Source: an uncultured Fidelibacterota bacterium (GTDB taxonomy: Bacteria; Fidelibacterota; Marinisomatia; Marinisomatales; UBA8229). Taken from it: 64,000 bases of DNA. The stretch covers positions 17,716-81,715 of the forward strand of contig CAJWIT010000002.1 of assembly GCA_913041945.1 (NCBI GenBank). Reading direction: 5' to 3'. Numbering within the stretch: position 1 is the first letter of the stretch; every line of letters begins with the position of its first letter. A program made the translations under genes and the position numbers. Shown piece after piece: positions 58,931-64,000 of the stretch. Below the pieces are notes generated by a model. The model saw only the letters and a list, made by a program, of their open reading frames with translations, did not search any database and had not been told where the DNA came from.

Positions 58931-60133
58931 TCACTCGTATCTAAGGGCTTCGGCAGGACGTATTTTTGCTGCCTTTATTGTTGGCAATAATGATGCCAGT
59001 ATGGATGCAGCCAATCCCGCAAAACCTATAAGACAGGTAAGCCATCCATTCATGGCAACTGGGATTCTGTCCATGAAATACACATCTTCCGGGATGGAAA
59101 TTAACTGGAAACGTAACTGCAGCCATATCAGCAGCAGGGCGATCAAAACACCGGCTAAAGATCCAATGGCTCCTATAATGGTGCCTTCAAAAAGAAAAAT
59201 CCTTCGAATTGCGTGAGGCGTAAACCCCAGGGAAGTGAAAATACCAATCTCACGGATCTTTTCAATTATGATCATTGCCATAGCAGAAACAATATTAACA
59301 ACCCCCACAAAGGCAATGAGTCCAAAAATGATCAGAATAGGCCAGCGCTGGACCCGAATCCAATCAAATAAAACATGGTGTTTATCTTTCCATGACATCA
59401 CATACCATGGATAATCCAATTCTGCTTCAAGCTGGGAGTAAGCTGCCCCTGCAAGTGCAGAATTTTTAAATAGAAGCATAAGCCCCGAAATCTGCTTTTC
59501 CATACCGAACAGATGCTGAGCGTCTTTTAGGGATGTATACACAATAGAACGGTCATATTCCAGCAAACCTGAGTGAAACAATCCGGTGATTGTGAATGCC
59601 TTTACTCGCTGGCCAGAAGATACGCCGGTAATGGATTCCATGTCAAAAAGTGCAAGTTTGTCTCCAACCTGAAGGGACATATTATCAGCAAGGCGTTTCC
59701 CGATCAGGATGGAACCGGGGTTCAAATTTAATGTTCCATCAACGATAATATGTGTCAACCCGAATTTCTTATCGGGCACAACAAGTCCTTCCACAATGAC
59801 ACCCTCCGCATAAGAACCTCTTCTCAAAAGAGCTGGTTTCTGGATAAAAGGAATGACCGTTTGACCTAAGGATGTTCCCAGCAGACTGTCCAGGGTCGGG
59901 TTTTCTTCCGGTACAGGCGTATCCATAAAATGCTGGAGTCGTATATGTCCGTCAAACCCGGCAATTTTTTCTGAAATGGTGGTTTCAAATCCTTCGAGAA
60001 TGCTCAAGGTAATGATAAGAGCTGCAATCCCAATTCCTAATCCGGCAATAGCCAGTATCCCCGCAAGTGTAGAAAAACTGCCCTTTTGGGGAGAACGGAG
60101 ATGACGGAAAGCAATGAAAGTAGGTAGATTCAT
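58931..60133 (-). CDS. lolC: Lipoprotein-releasing system permease, LolC/LolE family (FtsX/MacB-type)
   Basis: 400 aa paralogue of the previous gene (IAFRHLRS......F......IAGLGIGIAALI..LS.L.GF ... REIGIF.SLGF....I..IF). Confidence 0.8.
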   Translation of the reverse strand: MNLPTFIAFRHLRSPQKGSFSTLAGILAIAGLGIGIAALIITLSILEGFETTISEKIAGFDGHIRLQHFMDTPVPEENPTLDSLLGTSLGQTVIPFIQKPALLRRGSYAEGVIVEGLVVPDKKFGLTHIIVDGTLNLNPGSILIGKRLADNMSLQVGDKLALFDMESITGVSSGQRVKAFTITGLFHSGLLEYDRSIVYTSLKDAQHLFGMEKQISGLMLLFKNSALAGAAYSQLEAELDYPWYVMSWKDKHHVLFDWIRVQRWPILIIFGLIAFVGVVNIVSAMAMIIIEKIREIGIFTSLGFTPHAIRRIFLFEGTIIGAIGSLAGVLIALLLIWLQLRFQLISIPEDVYFMDRIPVAMNGWLTCLIGFAGLAASILASLLPTIKAAKIRPAEALRYE

Positions 60134-60168
60134 TTACGGAAAAATTTTCTTCCTTTAACTGATTGGGT

Positions 60169-61662
60169 TCACTCCTTAACCGTTTTCAAAGAGGGAAAAA
60201 GAATGACGTCTCTGATCCAGCGATTCTCTGTTAAAAGCATTACCAGGCGGTCCACTCCCACACCAACTCCACCTGTTGGGGGCATACCGTACTCTACAGC
60301 CTGTAGAAAATTTTCATCAACTGGATGTGCTTCCTCATCGCCGGCAGCATGAAGCTTCTCTTGGGTTTCTAAACGATCTCTCTGATCAATTGGATCATTC
60401 AGTTCAGAAAAAGCATTCGCAAATTCTGCACCGCCAATAAAGAGTTCAAACCGCTCTACAATTTCTGAATTATTATTTCGGTGCATCTTCGCCAGGGGTG
60501 AAATCACCTTTGGATAATCTATTACAAATGTCGGCTGGATTAAATTGGGTTCAACAAGCTTTCTCATCAGTTCATCAAGTAACTGTCCGTAGTTTGCTTT
60601 CTCCGGTACAGACAGCCCCTGTTCTTTACAAATCTCTCTAATTTGAGTTTCATCACCACCGGTTACATCCTGACCAGTTGCTTCCTTCAGCAGAGCCAGG
60701 AAAGGTTTCCTGATAAAAGGCTTTGAAAGATCTACCTCAATTCCACCCCAATTAAGCTGAAGAGAACCAACTCCTTCTGCAACCGTGCGGATCATTTCTT
60801 CAACAAAATCCATCATGAATCCATAATCGGCATAGGCCTGGTACCATTCAAGCATTGTAAACTCAGGGTTGTGATTTCGGTCCATGCCTTCGTTACGAAA
60901 ATTTTTCGCCAGTTCGTATACCTTATCTATCCCCCCAATGATGAGCCGTTTCAGATACAATTCATCAGCGATCCGAAGATATAAATCCTGATCCAAAGAG
61001 TTATGGTGAGTGATAAAAGGGCGCGCATTCGCTCCGCCGTAGAGGGGCTGGAGTACAGGGGTTTCCACCTCTAAAAATCCCCTGTCATCAAAAAACCGTC
61101 TGATCATAGAAATAATTTTTGCTCTTTTTACGAATATTTCCTTGATATCAGGGTTCACTACCAAATCCAGATGACGGTTACGGTATCTTTGCTCCTTATC
61201 AGAAAAAGCATCAAAAATCTCTCCATCTTTTTCCTTTACAATCGGGAGGGGGCGAATGCTCTTAGAGAGAATAGTTACTGTTTTAGCATGGATTGATATT
61301 TCCCCTGTTTTTGTTTTGAACACATATCCCCTTACGCCAATATAATCACCCATATCAAGAAGTTTAAAGTGGGTATAGCTTTCTTCTCCTACATCATCCC
61401 GGCGAATATATGTCTGGATGCGCCCTGCTCCATCCTGAATGTGACAAAAAGAAGCTTTCCCCATTTTTCGTATCGACATAATTCGACCTGCTATCGTTAC
61501 ATCTTTATTTTCCAGAGAATCAAAATTCTCCCGGATTTCTTCACTGTAATGAGATTGCTTAAAAAAATAAGGGTAGGGATTTACTCCGGCGTCCCGCAGT
61601 TTCTGTAGTTTTTCCATCCGGAATTTTATAATTTGTTTTAAACTGGTATGTTCTTCAGACAT
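60169..61662 (-). CDS. lysS: Lysine--tRNA ligase (class II)
   Basis: 497 aa. OB-fold anticodon domain (V.IAGR....R.MGKASF..IQD..GRIQ.Y). Class II motifs: FLEVETP.LQ...GGA.ARPF, YLRIA.EL.LKRL..GG....YE....FRNEG....HNPEFT.LE, F.I....ANAFSELNDP, G.PPT.G.G.G.DRL. Confidence 0.95.
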   Translation of the reverse strand: MSEEHTSLKQIIKFRMEKLQKLRDAGVNPYPYFFKQSHYSEEIRENFDSLENKDVTIAGRIMSIRKMGKASFCHIQDGAGRIQTYIRRDDVGEESYTHFKLLDMGDYIGVRGYVFKTKTGEISIHAKTVTILSKSIRPLPIVKEKDGEIFDAFSDKEQRYRNRHLDLVVNPDIKEIFVKRAKIISMIRRFFDDRGFLEVETPVLQPLYGGANARPFITHHNSLDQDLYLRIADELYLKRLIIGGIDKVYELAKNFRNEGMDRNHNPEFTMLEWYQAYADYGFMMDFVEEMIRTVAEGVGSLQLNWGGIEVDLSKPFIRKPFLALLKEATGQDVTGGDETQIREICKEQGLSVPEKANYGQLLDELMRKLVEPNLIQPTFVIDYPKVISPLAKMHRNNNSEIVERFELFIGGAEFANAFSELNDPIDQRDRLETQEKLHAAGDEEAHPVDENFLQAVEYGMPPTGGVGVGVDRLVMLLTENRWIRDVILFPSLKTVKE

Positions 61663-61703
61663 GATGTTTTTTTCTCCTTGAAAAAATGTGTAGGAAATTC
61701 TAG

Positions 61704-62805
61704 TTAATTTTTCCCAATACGCTGTATCAGAAACGCCCTGATAAATGAATCGATATTCCCATCTATCACAGCCTGCACATTGCCTGTTTCTTCCTTTGTC
61801 CTGTGATCTTTGACCATATTGTAGGGGTGAAATACGTAAGAACGAATCTGACTCCCCCAGCCAATATCCATTTTTTGATCTTCCAGCTCTTTGGCAGCTT
61901 CTTTTTCTTCTTCCAATTTTGCTTGATATAGCCGGGCCTTCAATACTTTCATTGCCTGGGATTTATTCTTGTGTTGAGATCGTTCATTCTGGCATTGAAC
62001 CACAATCCCGGATGGCAAATGGGTAATCCGGATAGCAGAATCAGTTTTGTTTACGTGCTGTCCTCCTGCTCCACTCGCGCGATATGTATCAATCCTCAAG
62101 TCATTGGAATCAATCTCTATCTCGACATCCTCGTCCACAGATGGATATACAAATACAGAAGCAAACGATGTATGCCTTCGGTTGCTGGCATCAAAGGGAG
62201 AAATCCTTACTAAGCGATGAACTCCTGCTTCCGCTTTTAACAATCCATATGCAAATTCTCCTTTTACTTCCAGGGTCACATCTTTAATTCCTGCTTCATC
62301 GCCAGGTTGATAATCAAGCAATGCGGAAAGAAACTTTTTCTTTTCAAACCACCTTGTATACATTCGGTATAACATTTCTGCCCAATCCTGGCTCTCTGTT
62401 CCTCCTGCCCCGGGATGTATGGTCAGGATAGCATCCTGAACATCCTGCACTTCCCCAAGCATGAGCTGAAGTTCAAGATCTTCCACTATCTTTTGGTAGG
62501 TAGACAGTTCTACATCTACTTCCTCCACGGTTGACTCCCCCGCCTCAACAAATTCCAACAGAACTTCTATATCTCCATGCCTTTGCTTAAGGTCTTTCCA
62601 GAGATTGATTTCTTTTTCAAGAATGGCGGTTTTTTTTAAAATGGAAGAAGCCTTAGAGTTGTTGTTCCAGAAGTCAGGAGCTAATGTCTTTTTCTGAAGT
62701 TTTCCTAATTTAACTTCTTTAGATGACAAGTCAAAGATACCCCCGAAGCTCAAGATATTTTGATTCGGTGGAATTAAATCTATCTTTCAATTCACTTAAA
62801 TCCAT
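61704..62805 (-). CDS. prfB: Peptide chain release factor 2, requires programmed +1 frameshift
   Basis: ORF0 runs from ATG 62805 (MDLSELKDRFNSTESKYLELRGYL) to TGA at 62731-62733. The +1 frame continues DLSSKEVKLGKLQKK... to 61704. RF2 motifs SPF and GGQHVNKT are present in the long frame. Confidence 0.92.
62730..62745 (-). other. prfB autoregulatory +1 frameshift site
   Basis: Minus strand reads CGG GGG TAT CTT TGA C. This is the slippery CUU-UGA-C with an internal SD-like GGGGG 3 nt upstream, almost identical to the classical E. coli prfB site (AGG GGG UAU CUU UGA C). Confidence 0.9.
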
Positions 62806-63171
62806 AGAAAAATTTACAACTTTGGATTCGTACTGAAAAACGATGAATAAAAAAACAGGGAAATTTTCAGTTCATTAAACTTACCCAGACAAATTCGTCT
62901 TTCACCAACGTCTGATGATACGGAATGAAATCATTAAACCCCACCGGTACCTTGTCAAGTATAAACCTCTTCCCCTTTTTATCCAGAATTAAAACTAATT
63001 CCAAATGTCGCAATAAAAAGAAAAAAACTTGTCATTTCCTTAAATCTTTTTCAGATTAGCGCTATTAAGATAATTCATATTGGTTAATTTTAATTACAAC
63101 GATTAAGAATTAAGACCATTTATTCTGGAATACAATATTATTCCAGGCTCATACAACCAACAGGAGAATGC

Positions 63172-63476
63172 ATGAAACAAACACGGTATTTTATTTTTCC
63201 CATCCTAGTATACGGGTTCACTCTTCTTTGAGCTATTGATTATGAAACTGACATCCAACCAATTTTCCCTGACAATTGTAGTGGATTCTATATAGATGGC
63301 ATATCAGTATTTTAAACCTGAAAGACCAGCTGTCGGATGAATTCTCCTTCACAAAAAGCCAGCCTGGTTCTCATACTTTTGACTGGCATCCTGAAGGGCA
63401 CCCTACAGGTGTCTATCTCATCCGCCTCACAGGAGAAACATTTACCATCACACAAAGGGCTGTTTATCTTAAATAA
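63172..63476 (+). pseudogene. Remnant of a secreted protein gene with T9SS-type C-terminal sorting domain
   Basis: AGGAG + ATG 63172 gives a signal-like MKQTRYFIFPILVYGFTLL, then in-frame TGA, AIDYETDIQPIFPDNCSGFYIDGISVF and TAA. Another frame (63282-63476, no start codon) reads ..ISILNLKDQLSDEFSFTKSQPGSHTFDWHPEGHPTGVYLIRLTGETFTITQRAVYLK*. That matches the pattern of type-A T9SS C-terminal domains (v.l.iy...G..v.......G.h...W......sGvY...L......t.K.v..K). Confidence 0.45.
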
Positions 63477-63494
63477 TAGGTTTTCTGTAACCTG

Positions 63495-64000
63495 ATGAAA
63501 CTATTCAAATTTTTCCTCTTCGGGATTTTTCTTGCCGCTTTCTGGTCCTGTAGTGATCTAGGAGACCCTGAAATATCAGGTTGTATGACAAGCGCTGCCT
63601 GCAACTACGATCCCGACGCAACTCTTAATGATGAATCATGTGTGTCTGTAGATGGTGTGTGTGAAACCTGCGTTGATGGAACAATTGTAGACAATGATGC
63701 GGATAATGATACCGTGTGTGATGCGGATGAAGTAGCAGGCTGCATGACAAGCACTGCCTGTAACTATAATCCTTCTGCTACGGAAGATGATGGATCATGT
63801 ACAGTTCCAACAGCATGTGATACATGTGAAGGAGAAGCAGTAGTAGTTGATGGTGCCTTAGATGGTATTTGTGATACTTGTGAAGATGGCGTGATTGTTG
63901 ATAATGATGCGGATAATGATACCGTGTGTGATGCGGATGAAGTAGCAGGCTGCATGACAAGCACTGCCTGTAACTATAATCCTTCTGCTACGGAAGATGA
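63495..64000 (+). CDS. Cys-rich tandem-repeat lipoprotein (CxxxACNY...DDGSC modules + D-rich TSP3-like linkers), 3' end beyond window
   Basis: ATG 63495; frame open to nt 64000. It is absent from the ORF track because no stop is reached. MKLFKFFLFGIFLAAFWSC-SD has signal plus Cys. Then three copies of GCMTS.ACNY.P.AT..D(E/G)SC are separated by C.TC..G..VDNDADNDTVCDADEVA linkers. Confidence 0.7.
   Translation, partial: MKLFKFFLFGIFLAAFWSCSDLGDPEISGCMTSAACNYDPDATLNDESCVSVDGVCETCVDGTIVDNDADNDTVCDADEVAGCMTSTACNYNPSATEDDGSCTVPTACDTCEGEAVVVDGALDGICDTCEDGVIVDNDADNDTVCDADEVAGCMTSTACNYNPSATED
63691..64000 (+). repeat. 210-bp (70-codon) in-frame tandem repeat inside the lipoprotein gene
   Basis: 63693-63790 is identical base for base to 63903-64000 (98 nt, limited by the window end). 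The flanking 20-30 nt upstream are related but diverged. A more diverged copy of the Cys module starts at 63579. Confidence 0.85.

Noticed and set aside
62931-62958. Sigma-70-like promoter for prfB (minus strand TTGACA - 16 nt - TAATGA), about 120 nt upstream of the ATG
   Set aside because: It is plausible, but in an AT-rich spacer such matches arise by chance, and FCB-type promoters may use different motifs. It cannot be supported without TSS data.
63229-63231. In-frame TGA in the signal-peptide ORF as possible stop-codon recoding or selenocysteine
   Set aside because: prfB autoregulation uses UGA as a stop in this genome. No SECIS-like hairpin follows, a TAA follows 27 codons later, and the downstream domain is in another frame, so pseudogenisation explains it better.
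63764-63964. 66-aa and 60-aa minus-strand ORFs (Ser/Thr/His-rich)
   Set aside because: They are antisense to the Cys-rich repeat gene. Their length and composition are consequences of the 210-bp repeat and the GAT/GAC/TGT-rich sense codons.

Overview
AT-rich bacterial chromosome segment, tightly packed and mostly housekeeping. I found no rRNA, CRISPR array, IS element, prophage or recognisable defence island. The window starts with a plus-strand block. It holds a GcvT-family aminomethyltransferase (cut by the window edge), two tandem CrtI/COG1233-type flavin oxidoreductases, a decayed DAO-family gene, a thiolase / 3-hydroxyacyl-CoA dehydrogenase / acyl-CoA dehydrogenase / branched-chain aminotransferase cluster, nusB, secA and tRNA-Leu(UAG). 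Next comes a stand-alone 1,539-aa fusion gene (acyl-CoA synthetase + about 800 aa unassigned + GNAT), then a GAF/HD-GYP protein, a DASS transporter, a thioredoxin remnant, a MATE pump and class II RNR nrdJ. From 25.7 to 62.8 kb, 34 consecutive genes lie on the minus strand: frr-pyrH-tsf-rpsB-rpsI-rplM, pyrR-pyrB-pyrC with a PyrR attenuator, miaA, mutL, a fused formiminotransferase-cyclodeaminase, an M50 protease, xerD, gmhA, a GGGP-synthase homologue, gcvH-accC-accB-efp, a MoxR/DUF58/BatD-like set, a BamD-like lipoprotein, an Omp85 protein plus TamB, dnaK, clpC, lolCED, lysS and frameshifted prfB. The window ends in a T9SS-sorting-domain gene remnant and a Cys-rich tandem-repeat lipoprotein that runs off the edge. 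The T9SS-type C-terminal domain, the group-II-like GGGPS, the BatD/MoxR set and the possibly lipoprotein-type Omp85 suggest an uncultured FCB-group relative; this is inference only. The most unusual items are the giant ACS-unknown-GNAT fusion, the aminomethyltransferase/flavoprotein cluster, miaA without a canonical start codon, three gene remnants and the repeat lipoprotein. All calls come from reading the translations by eye; no database search was run.
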